Shown here in pieces: positions 15,268-24,400 of a stretch of DNA of 24,966 nucleotides. The stretch's first letter is position 1; each line of letters starts with the position of its first letter. The stretch spans positions 1-24,966 of IMG/VR virus record IMGVR_UViG_3300036787_000081; one strand, written 5' to 3'. The DNA is from a virus. Taxonomy: Duplodnaviria; Caudoviricetes. Below the pieces are notes generated by a model. That model ran no database searches and was not told the origin of the DNA. It worked only from the letters and a program-made list of their open reading frames with translations. Both the position numbers and the translations under genes were made by a program.

Positions 15268-17772
15268 ATGGCTAATGTAACGTTCTCCAATTTCAAAAAT
15301 GGTCTCGATACACGTCGTTCTGAACTAACGACGCAACCGGGAGCATTATTGACGTTACAGGACGCACACATCAACGAAGGAGCGGAGATAGAAAAGCGGT
15401 TTGCTTTTCTTAATGCTTCTTATGTGCCGGAGAATTCATTAAGTTTAGAGGTAACCGGGGAAGGATTTAACCCCGGTTACCTTGGTGGAACAGTGGTGTT
15501 TGGTTCTGGAGCGTTGATTGCAACGACATTAAGTCGTCAAAACGTGGCCGGGGTTGTAACTTTGCAGGTTAGTGCTGCTAACCCTATTTATACATGGGTG
15601 GCCGGAGATACCATTAATGTTATTAATCTTGAGGTTAATGCAAATAGTGGTTTGGACAGCTATAATGGTAATTTTGTTCTTGTTTCAGCAACTTATACCA
15701 CCGGCAATCCTAATTATTACAGTCTTGTTTATAATGTCACAGATGTTACTAGCGAAACTATAGTAACAGACCTTAAGGGTATAGTTGGATGGGGAGTAAC
15801 AAATGTTCCACCACCTTTTTCAAATTCTTTTGGTTCTACGTCAGTAGTCTCTCGAAGTGTGTCAGCAGGGATAGTAACAATGGTTCTTTCAGTCCCACCT
15901 ATTTATGGTGTTATTAATGGGAATAGTGTTGCTATTGTTGGAGCGTCGTATGCTGAATGTATTGTTCCCTTAAGTTTATTAAAGGTGGCTACTGGTTATC
16001 AGATTACATTTATAGCTACGGCTAATACGGAGCAAGTGGGTGACACAGTTTATTGGCCGGGAGCTTTTACAAATTATGTTTATTACCAACCATTAGTGCA
16101 TCCAGCAGTTCAAGATGGAGCAACATTTGATGCAACTTATCATGCGTTGATAGCAATTACAGCTTCAACATCTTTTGGCGGTTTTACATGGACATCAGCA
16201 ACATTTTCTGATGGAAACACCTTTGCTTTTTGGAGTCAAAACTATGTGCCTGCTTTTCGTAATGGTATTATTTTGAACGGTCTCGATACGACAAGTGTAG
16301 GTTCAAATGATCTTATTGCAAAGCAGTTAAGAAATCAAATTAATACCGCAAATCTTGCAGGATTTACTATAACTGCAGTAAGCACAGTTGGTGGGGTTTC
16401 ATCCTTTTACTTATCTTCCCCTGTTGGAGAAACAATGAGTATTGTGGGTAATGCTTCAAACACTAACATCGGAAATGGAACAATAGTTCCTACACAAATT
16501 GGGCAAGGTTATCAAACAGTTTCTGGTGTCGCTTCTAACACTCAATTTACTTTCAATGCTGGAAGTTCAGGTTATGTTACAGGTGTTTATACATCTGTAG
16601 ATGGTTATACAGTGAATCTTCTACAAGCCAGTATTTTATTTACAACCACATTAGCACAACTTGCAATCGACGTTTCTAACTCTATAGCAACCAATCCGAA
16701 TAAGACAGTTTTCTTTACAGCAGAAGCGAATCAGTCAACGGTTTTGTTATGGGATAAAACTAATAGTGGAGTCACCTATAATGGGATTCATGTTAAAGTA
16801 GTGACAACTGGTGATATTTGTGTTGACAACATTCCATTTAATTTTACCTCGATAAATCCTTGGGCTGTTGGGGATTATGTTTCCACTATTAAATGGGATT
16901 CGACTGGGGTTAATACAGAGATTCTTGCGTGTAATCTAATTCCAGCCGGGGCACAGTATGTGGCAGGTAGTTATACTGTATTGAATGTTATAGCAGGTGT
17001 TCAATACGCTTGGGTTAAAGGAAATGCGACTAACCTTACGTATAATGGAGCAACAGTGATAAGTGCTTCTGGAAATTTTACTCCAACAACTTCTACAGTT
17101 GTTGTTATTACAGGAACAACAGGAGCGACTATAACATCTTCTGTCACAACTAATCAAGTTACTTTTTTAGCTGCTGACACATTAGCGCTTTTTGTTCAAC
17201 GACTTGCCTTGATTATACAAAATAATGGCACTGTCTACACCGCTACTGCGGTAGCCGGGTTATCAAGTCAGTCAGTTGGGTCTTATAATCTTTACATAAG
17301 CCGCCGCACAGCTAGTTCGGTTACAGATATTTCAACACAATCAAGTGCAATAAACTTTACAAGCATGGCTGGAACTGTTACTAATGGATTATCCGGCGGA
17401 ACAACAATAACATCAGCAAGACCATCAGTAACTATAAGTCCAACCCCACTTACAATAAACCCTCCATCTCAATCTCCTGTTAATGTTAATTTTACTGCTT
17501 CTTTTAATGGGGGTTATGCTCCGTATAATTTTCAATGGACTCTTGTTACTCAACCATTAGGAGGACAAGTTTATAAAAATAATTGTAGTTTTTCTCCAGG
17601 TTCCGCCTCGTCAGGAATAACCGCAGCCGGGATAACTATGGCGCAAATCACTCTTGTATGTATTCCATATCCCTTGCTCGGAGGTAATGCAAGTGGATTG
17701 GCTACATTGACTTGTAGTATCATAGACTCTGCCGGGAATGTAGCTAGTAAATCAATTAGTTTTACAATCTAA
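15268..17772 (+). CDS. Tail nozzle / tubular protein B-like, N-terminal part with inserted beta-rich domains
   Basis: N-terminus FSNFKNGLDTRRS.....PGALLTLQDAHINEGAEIEKR is typical of podovirus nozzle/stabilisation proteins. Ends in an Ig/PKD-like domain (GGYAPYNFQWT). Confidence 0.7.
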   Translation: MANVTFSNFKNGLDTRRSELTTQPGALLTLQDAHINEGAEIEKRFAFLNASYVPENSLSLEVTGEGFNPGYLGGTVVFGSGALIATTLSRQNVAGVVTLQVSAANPIYTWVAGDTINVINLEVNANSGLDSYNGNFVLVSATYTTGNPNYYSLVYNVTDVTSETIVTDLKGIVGWGVTNVPPPFSNSFGSTSVVSRSVSAGIVTMVLSVPPIYGVINGNSVAIVGASYAECIVPLSLLKVATGYQITFIATANTEQVGDTVYWPGAFTNYVYYQPLVHPAVQDGATFDATYHALIAITASTSFGGFTWTSATFSDGNTFAFWSQNYVPAFRNGIILNGLDTTSVGSNDLIAKQLRNQINTANLAGFTITAVSTVGGVSSFYLSSPVGETMSIVGNASNTNIGNGTIVPTQIGQGYQTVSGVASNTQFTFNAGSSGYVTGVYTSVDGYTVNLLQASILFTTTLAQLAIDVSNSIATNPNKTVFFTAEANQSTVLLWDKTNSGVTYNGIHVKVVTTGDICVDNIPFNFTSINPWAVGDYVSTIKWDSTGVNTEILACNLIPAGAQYVAGSYTVLNVIAGVQYAWVKGNATNLTYNGATVISASGNFTPTTSTVVVITGTTGATITSSVTTNQVTFLAADTLALFVQRLALIIQNNGTVYTATAVAGLSSQSVGSYNLYISRRTASSVTDISTQSSAINFTSMAGTVTNGLSGGTTITSARPSVTISPTPLTINPPSQSPVNVNFTASFNGGYAPYNFQWTLVTQPLGGQVYKNNCSFSPGSASSGITAAGITMAQITLVCIPYPLLGGNASGLATLTCSIIDSAGNVASKSISFTI

Positions 17773-19067
17773 TGGCCCTTCCAGTTACAATTACAATTAA
17801 CGACACCCCGACTATTGGTGATTTTTCGTCAGGATTAAATACTATACTGGGACAGGGAAGTCTATGGTTAGTTGCTTTCGGGGGAACGTGGAATCCGGGC
17901 GACCAATTTGCTTTTGAAATTATTTTACCGGCTCAAACCTACGATTTCGGCACGGGTCGTATGACAAAACTTGTGCCTATTTCAGCCATAACCCTTTATG
18001 ATCGAGTGCATTTTGTAGCTGGAACATATTGGTGTGGCTCTGATAATGGTGATGCAACTGCATGGGAACAACAAGCAGCGGGTGCTTTCAAAATACAGAT
18101 TGCAAATCAAAGTCAACAACCGGAGAGTCTATTAGCCTTGTCATCATTTCAAGGTCGGATGGCGTTGTTTTCAAGACATACTACCCAGTTGTGGGGTATT
18201 GATGCTAATCCGTCGAATATAGCACAACAACAAGTGCTTAGTAATATAGGTATCGTAGCTCCTAATGCAGCACAATCGTTAGGTGATTCAGATATTTTGT
18301 TTCCTTCTGATTCTGGTATAAGAAGTCTTAAGGTTCAGACAATTAACCTTAATGGTTTCATTTCTGATATTGGCAGTCCAGTGGATGCTATTGTAAAAAG
18401 TGTTATTGCCGCTCAATCAACAACTGGAATATGCTCTGCTGTTGAACCGACAGGAAATCGGTATATGGTGTATTTTCCCCAAGACAGCACTTATGGAACA
18501 TTTTTAGTATTGAGTTACTTCCCCGCATCAAAAATAGTGGCTTGGTCAACTTATACCACTTATTGGGCGGATGGAATGTATTTTACTCTCACCGCTTTGA
18601 AGGTGTTTAATTCAGCGGTATGGTTTAGGGGATATTCTAATACCCTCTTGCCGGGTGGTGGAAAGTCGTTTGTAGGCACTTATGGAAGTTATGCTTTTGG
18701 GTCGACGTATTACAATTATGACAGCACACAGGCAATTGCAGTCACCCCGTGGTTGGATTTGAAAAACCCCGGCAAAAGAAAAACATCCGAGGGAGTGGAT
18801 GTTGTAATACAGGGTCAATGGGGAATTTATGGAAGTATGGATTTTAATGGTGTCAACAATGGGGCGACACTAAAAAAGATTTCTGACCCTTTGAATAAAA
18901 ACTCTGCTGGTGTCTTTGCCTCGGCACAAAGAGGATTAATACCATGGGTGGATTCTGGTTACCATGTGCAACTTAAAGCAATCGCAAATGATGTGGCTAA
19001 TCCCGGCAACCCGGCCATTTTGAGTGAGTTAGTGTATTATTTTAATCCCGGAGATGTAAAACCATGA
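17772..19067 (+). CDS. Tail nozzle / tubular protein B-like, C-terminal beta-propeller part
   Basis: LLALSSFQGRMALFS...QLW, NIGIVAPNAAQSLGDSDILFPSDSGIRSL, SKIVAWSTY, VTPWLDLKNPGKRK. TAATG overlap with the upstream ORF. Confidence 0.75.
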   Translation: MALPVTITINDTPTIGDFSSGLNTILGQGSLWLVAFGGTWNPGDQFAFEIILPAQTYDFGTGRMTKLVPISAITLYDRVHFVAGTYWCGSDNGDATAWEQQAAGAFKIQIANQSQQPESLLALSSFQGRMALFSRHTTQLWGIDANPSNIAQQQVLSNIGIVAPNAAQSLGDSDILFPSDSGIRSLKVQTINLNGFISDIGSPVDAIVKSVIAAQSTTGICSAVEPTGNRYMVYFPQDSTYGTFLVLSYFPASKIVAWSTYTTYWADGMYFTLTALKVFNSAVWFRGYSNTLLPGGGKSFVGTYGSYAFGSTYYNYDSTQAIAVTPWLDLKNPGKRKTSEGVDVVIQGQWGIYGSMDFNGVNNGATLKKISDPLNKNSAGVFASAQRGLIPWVDSGYHVQLKAIANDVANPGNPAILSELVYYFNPGDVKP

Positions 19068-19426
19068 ATGAAATTGTTAAAATCCGTCCTTATGTTCCAG
19101 AGGATTGGAACAAATTAGTAGCTAATGCAAAGGCCGACAATCATAGTGGGGTTTATTTTCCTACAGACATTTTTGTAAAAAATGACGAGATTGTTGGATA
19201 TAATTCAATAGGTGTTATTCCAATGGTGCTCTCTTGGCAACATAGTCAGAAAATGGGTGCAGTGGACTCTGCAATTGTATTGGGAAATATCCTTGGCACG
19301 ACCCGGCAATTTAAGCACATCTGTATTCCATGCGACCCGGATTCACCATATCATAAAAGTGGTTTTCTCAAGAAAGCAGGCTTTGTGGAATATACAAAAC
19401 AAATAATTCTCTACATTAAGGAATAA
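19064..19426 (+). CDS. GNAT-fold acyltransferase-like protein
   Basis: IRPYVPEDW, KNDEIVGY and FLKKAGF match GNAT secondary-structure motifs. Same position as the GNAT-like gene (T7 gp13 position) between nozzle and ejection proteins. The CoA-binding loop looks degenerate. Confidence 0.55.
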   Translation: MNEIVKIRPYVPEDWNKLVANAKADNHSGVYFPTDIFVKNDEIVGYNSIGVIPMVLSWQHSQKMGAVDSAIVLGNILGTTRQFKHICIPCDPDSPYHKSGFLKKAGFVEYTKQIILYIKE

Positions 19427-19427
19427 T

Positions 19428-20048
19428 ATGGGTTGTGGATCATCTAATGCTGGTGACCAGTTAGCTGGGCAACAAGCACAGCAGCAACAATGGACTGATC
19501 AATCAGTTCAAAACATTAATAATGCTTTTGCCGGGTTCACTCCACAGTTTTATCAAGGAGTGGGGCAGGCTTATCAAAACTACCAGATGCCGTTGCTTCA
19601 ACAACAGTATCAGTCTAACAAAGACCAAACAGGGTTTAAATTAGCGGATCAAGGGTTACAAAATAGTAGTCAAGCACAGAATATGTATAACCAGTTAAAT
19701 CAAGCTAACTCACAAGGACAACAGCAAATTGCTCAAGGTGCGTTAGGGCAACAACAAACATTACAGCAACAAGTTAGTAATGAACAAGCCAATCTTGTAG
19801 GTCAAGCACAGACGGCTACTAATCCTAGTGCTATTGGTCAACAGGCAATTTCTAATGCAGCATCGTTTGCGGCCCCTTCATCGTTTCAACCGCTTGGTCA
19901 GATGTTTAATAATTATGCTACACAGTATTTGGGAAATCAACAAAATAATACTTACAACCCAGCTACATTAGCCCTTTTAGCCCAGTATGGAGGGTATGGT
20001 GGTGGTGGTGGCGGTGGGGGTGGGTATTTACCAAGAACAATGTATTAA
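19428..20048 (+). CDS. Putative internal virion / DNA ejection protein 1 (starts MGCG)
   Basis: Gln/Asn/Gly/Ala-rich and helical, nearly uncharged; AAGGA SD; synteny. Confidence 0.65.
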   Translation: MGCGSSNAGDQLAGQQAQQQQWTDQSVQNINNAFAGFTPQFYQGVGQAYQNYQMPLLQQQYQSNKDQTGFKLADQGLQNSSQAQNMYNQLNQANSQGQQQIAQGALGQQQTLQQQVSNEQANLVGQAQTATNPSAIGQQAISNAASFAAPSSFQPLGQMFNNYATQYLGNQQNNTYNPATLALLAQYGGYGGGGGGGGGYLPRTMY

Positions 20049-20057
20049 AGGAGATTT

Positions 20058-20735
20058 ATGGGATGTGGAACAATAGCAGCTTTAGGACTCACCGCCGCTG
20101 GTACGGGGGCGAATATGTATGCCAATGATCAAGTAAGGGGTAAGATGAATGATCTTACAAATCAAGAATTGGCACGTAATCAGGGATTTGAACAGAAGGC
20201 ACAGGGTGTGTTTAATAATTCATTACAACAAAGCACGCCACAAGCAGCTAATCAACAGATTGGTCAGGGTCAACAACAACTTGCCGGGTTGATTCAGAAC
20301 GCACAACAGGTGCCTTTGTCATCTTCAATGCCAAGTTTTGGTAATGTGAACACAATGGCAGAAGGGGCTAAAACCGCAATGAGTAATAAAGCAGCGTCAG
20401 ATTTGGGTGGATATAGTAATTATACATTACAACAACGGTTGAAAGACCAGCAAGCTGGGTCGCAGTTAGGAGTGATTGGTAGCGAAGCTCAAGGGTGGGC
20501 AAATGTTTTACCGGCACAATTACAACAAGCACAGGGTTCACAACAGGGATTACAAGCATTGGGAGCGTTACTTAATTCAGCGGGATTGTTGACAGGATTG
20601 AGTGGATGGGGTTCTGCTGCAACATCGGGAATAGACCCTGGGGTTAATAGTGCAGTTAATGCAGCTAATTTTAATAACAATGTTGGATGGATGTATCCGG
20701 CGCTACAATCGCCGGGTGCATTATATGGAGGATAA
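20058..20735 (+). CDS. Putative internal virion / DNA ejection protein 2 (starts MGCG)
   Basis: AAGGAG SD. N-terminal Gly/Ala hydrophobic helix, Gln-rich core and C-terminal hydrophobic helix, resembling T7 gp14 / P22 gp7 architecture. Confidence 0.68.
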   Translation: MGCGTIAALGLTAAGTGANMYANDQVRGKMNDLTNQELARNQGFEQKAQGVFNNSLQQSTPQAANQQIGQGQQQLAGLIQNAQQVPLSSSMPSFGNVNTMAEGAKTAMSNKAASDLGGYSNYTLQQRLKDQQAGSQLGVIGSEAQGWANVLPAQLQQAQGSQQGLQALGALLNSAGLLTGLSGWGSAATSGIDPGVNSAVNAANFNNNVGWMYPALQSPGALYGG

Positions 20736-20739
20736 TAAA

Positions 20740-21486
20740 ATGCCAATTATAGGAAATCCGTGGGCACAGGATGCTGGCCGGTTCGGTCAGGGAGTGGGTG
20801 ATTCGTTGTCACAAGCGTTGTTACAATTACCACAACAAAGGTATATGATGGCATTGCAACAGGCGCAGATGGCTCAACGTCAACAACAGATGGCTCAAAA
20901 TTATGGTTTGCAACAACAAAAAGCACAGGAAATGGGGCAGTATCATAGTAATGAGCTTGGTTTGAGACAACAGCAAGTGGGTATAGATAAACAACGGGCA
21001 GATGACCAATGGGTGGCGAATAGAAATAGGATGTTGGGTGAAATAAGTGCTAATAATTTTCGTATGCAACAAGCACAAAAACCAACTGTTCAAGGAGGGA
21101 TGATTATACAGCCTAATGTGCCACAACCATCACAGGATGGGTCACAACAAACGAATCAACCACCACAACAGCCTTGGTCTGTTACACCAGTTCCTCAAAC
21201 ACAAGGAGGGGGTGGTAGTTCGGCTTCTGGCACAGCAACAGCATTAGGAGACGTATCGAGTATTATTAAGAGAATGTTGGCTAGTCCCGGTTTGCAGACA
21301 AACTATCCTTCTATTTGGCAACAGTCTACAAATGCCTATCCTCAAATGTTACAGAGGTTTATGCAACAACCACAACCTTTTCCTCAAATGAGACAAACTA
21401 ACCAACCCGGCATGATGCAATCGAATAGTATACCTCCATGGGCATCACAACAACTTCCCGATGGTTCATTTAACTTTGCTCCTTAA
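20740..21486 (+). CDS. Putative internal virion / DNA ejection protein 3
   Basis: GGAGG SD at 20727-31 supports start 20740 rather than 20650. G..GQGVGDSL..AL followed by a Gln-rich coiled coil. Confidence 0.65.
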   Translation: MPIIGNPWAQDAGRFGQGVGDSLSQALLQLPQQRYMMALQQAQMAQRQQQMAQNYGLQQQKAQEMGQYHSNELGLRQQQVGIDKQRADDQWVANRNRMLGEISANNFRMQQAQKPTVQGGMIIQPNVPQPSQDGSQQTNQPPQQPWSVTPVPQTQGGGGSSASGTATALGDVSSIIKRMLASPGLQTNYPSIWQQSTNAYPQMLQRFMQQPQPFPQMRQTNQPGMMQSNSIPPWASQQLPDGSFNFAP

Positions 21487-21488
21487 TT

Positions 21489-24400
21489 ATGAAGGTTAAT
21501 ATCCCTAATGTTGGGACGGTTAACTTTCCCGATTCGATGTCACCTAGTGAGGTGGATCAGGCGATTAAGACTAAGATACTGCCTTCTGCCGAGGGAGTCG
21601 GTATTAATAATCAATATGGACAATTTAGGTCCGCTAATAGTCCAGCACCAGCTTCTCTTAATCCACCACCACAATGGACAGAACCTCCTTATGAACGACC
21701 TATTGGGGATGATGCTGCATACAAACCCGGTGTTGGTGGTTCAAAGGGGTTTGTTCACAATATGTTAAATCCCGGCCCAATGATTGCACAACAAATGCAT
21801 CCCGGTGTTGGGAAAGCATTAACGGAACAATTGACAGTGCCAAACGCTTTAATGGCTCCAATGATAGGTAGGTTGGTAGCAAAAATGGGTGCAGAATCGT
21901 TAGCACAAAAAATAATTCCATACTCAGTTAGAACTGCATTGGCAGCACAGGGAGCGGGTATTGCTGGCACAGCGGCAGGGCAGAAGATACCCGAAAACAC
22001 TTCCGGTGAGAATAGATATCTTACTATGCAAGAGGTTTTTGGGGGTCTTATGATGGCTGGCGCACCAAAGTTGGGTGACGCTTTGAAGGCGTTGAATGAT
22101 GCTAATAATGCTCGTAATTCACGCCATTATTACACAGACCCCGCTAATCGTCCACCAATTTTACAACAATCTAACAACCAAAGACCCACCCCGCCAGTAT
22201 CCCCTACTGCATCTGAAAAATCTTTTCCCGATATACGAACAACGACTCCTTCAAAACCTCCTTTGGTTGTTAGTCCTTCTTTAGTTCACAGTGGAGCACA
22301 GGAGGCAAATAGTCCCATAAATCCCGATCGGAGTGATTTAATTCAACAGGTACAAAGGAACATACAGCAGTTTAAAGACTCTGCTAAACCAAAAGATTTA
22401 GGTGGTGGAATTGTAGAGGGAGAGATTAAACCTATCCCAGCTAAAACACTGTCTAATCACCTTATTGCTATTGGGATGAAACCTGACCCAACAATTAGTC
22501 GTCCAAACCGCCCAAGAATACTTAAAGGTAATTCGTTAAAATCATTAGACAATGCGGAATTAGAAAATTTGTATCAAAAAACAAAGGCACAGATTGATAA
22601 TTTACGTTTTTCACCAGAGGAACGTAATAGAGTAGGAATTACAATGCCCCAAACTGCCGAGAGATGGGACGCAATTAGTAAGTTATTTCAAGCGGAGGTA
22701 AATAAACGAAATCGACAAATCACTCGGGGTAAGGGTGAAGGAATGAGTGATAAGCAAATAACATTAGAACCACAAGGAGTCCAAAATGAAAGAACAATGC
22801 AGCGAACCGGCCCTCAAGGGCAAAATGTCCAACCTCCATCACAAGAACAAGTTGAAGGGGAAGGAGTCAAAGCATCCGTCGAAAAATCACAACCGACGCA
22901 AGGAACACTTCCAAAAGGAAATGAAGATGTCCCCAAAGGAAGCGGAGGGTCACGCGGGAGTGATAGACAAACTAATGAAGGATTAGGGTTGGCCGACAAG
23001 GGGGATACGGCGTTGTTTGCTGGTATTCCATTTGCCTTTCCGCCGGAGTTGTGGGAGAAGTTAGGGTTTAAAAAGGATACACCTATTGATGCGGAACAGT
23101 TGATTAACAAATTAAGGAATGTGGTGGGAGTAAATAGTCAAGCATGGCAGCATATACAGGGGATGAATTTAGCACAAAAAGGGGAGAAAGTGTCTGTTAA
23201 TGAATTGGCTAAACGGGCGGAGGCGGCTGCACCGAAGGTGGAGGTTAAGGATTATGGGATGGAGGGGAAGGTGAGTGAGGCGAAGAAGGAGTATGATAAG
23301 ATGACGCATGAGTGGTATGATACACTATCTAACGAAGAAAAAAATCAAGTGCTTGTTCCTTCTGAGTGGGGTAACTTAAAACCAGAATTACGTAAAAAAG
23401 CGAAGGAGTATGAAACCTTAGCTCAAAAAACTGTAAATGAACCCCGCGACACCTCCCCCCGTGCAACCTCCGCCTACTCCTCTGTCTCCGCTCTCCCTAC
23501 TGACGAACCAATGCCAAAGTGGACGACGACAAAGAGTGGTAAGAATGTGCAGAGAGTGGATGTGGTGATACCTCATGCTAAAGAAGGTAAGGGAGTAGAA
23601 CTACCAATAGGAGCACAACTGCCTAACTTCGGTGATGCTGGTAAAGAAGTAAATAAGAATCTAGGTGTGCTCTGGAACCCCGACAACCTCCACGAAAACC
23701 TCCCCAACACTCTCGGATGGGCGATGATACAGTATGTGCCTGATAGGATACAAATAAAGTATCTGGACAGACCAGAAGGATACCAACCAGAAGTAAAACC
23801 TAAAGCTATGCTAGTAGCAGAGGCACAGAGTAGGTGGGGGCAGAGCAATAAGAAGCTAAAAGACAACCTAAAGAATGACGTAAATCTAAATGCAGCACAA
23901 GAGACACTCGATAAAGCTGCTCGCGGTGAGATAAACCTAGATGCACACACAAAACAAAGACTAGAACAACTACTCTCTAAACGTGTAAGTGATATAGACC
24001 ACCCCCTCCTCCGCGACTACAACCGTCTAATCCTCAAAGCCGCGATTGACCAAGCACACAAAGAAGGTGCTACGCATATTATGGTGATTGATGGGAAGAG
24101 CGCACTCATGACTGAAAAGCTCGATGAGCAGTATAAAGAAAACCCACAAGGTAAGTATGAGCATGGTGGTAAAAAATATGATAGCAAACACGAAGGTGGC
24201 TTCATGCTCAACTACGACAACATCCTCCCGAAGATAGCCGAAGAACTTACAGGGAGTAAGGGTGAGAAAGTGAGTCTTGGGGAGCATAAGAATGCGTATG
24301 AGCAGAAACCACATCAACAAGTGCTACGACGCTTCGGAACAGAAGCAGAAGCTAAACAGTGGATGGAACAAAACCAGCCAGATGGTAAGATACAAGAGAA

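Noticed and set aside
17755-17775. Programmed -1 frameshift fusing the two nozzle ORFs
   Set aside because: No canonical X XXY YYZ heptamer, and the downstream frame has a TAG at 17757-59, leaving only four open codons before the ATG. Translational coupling via TAATG is the simpler explanation.
19989-20024. GGT/GGC run as a G-quadruplex or tandem repeat element
   Set aside because: Explained by a poly-Gly tract at the C-terminus of the ejection protein.
368-21622. The 27-bp repeats as a CRISPR array or transposon ends
   Set aside because: Copies are hundreds to thousands of bases apart with no spacer periodicity, and there is no cas or transposase gene.
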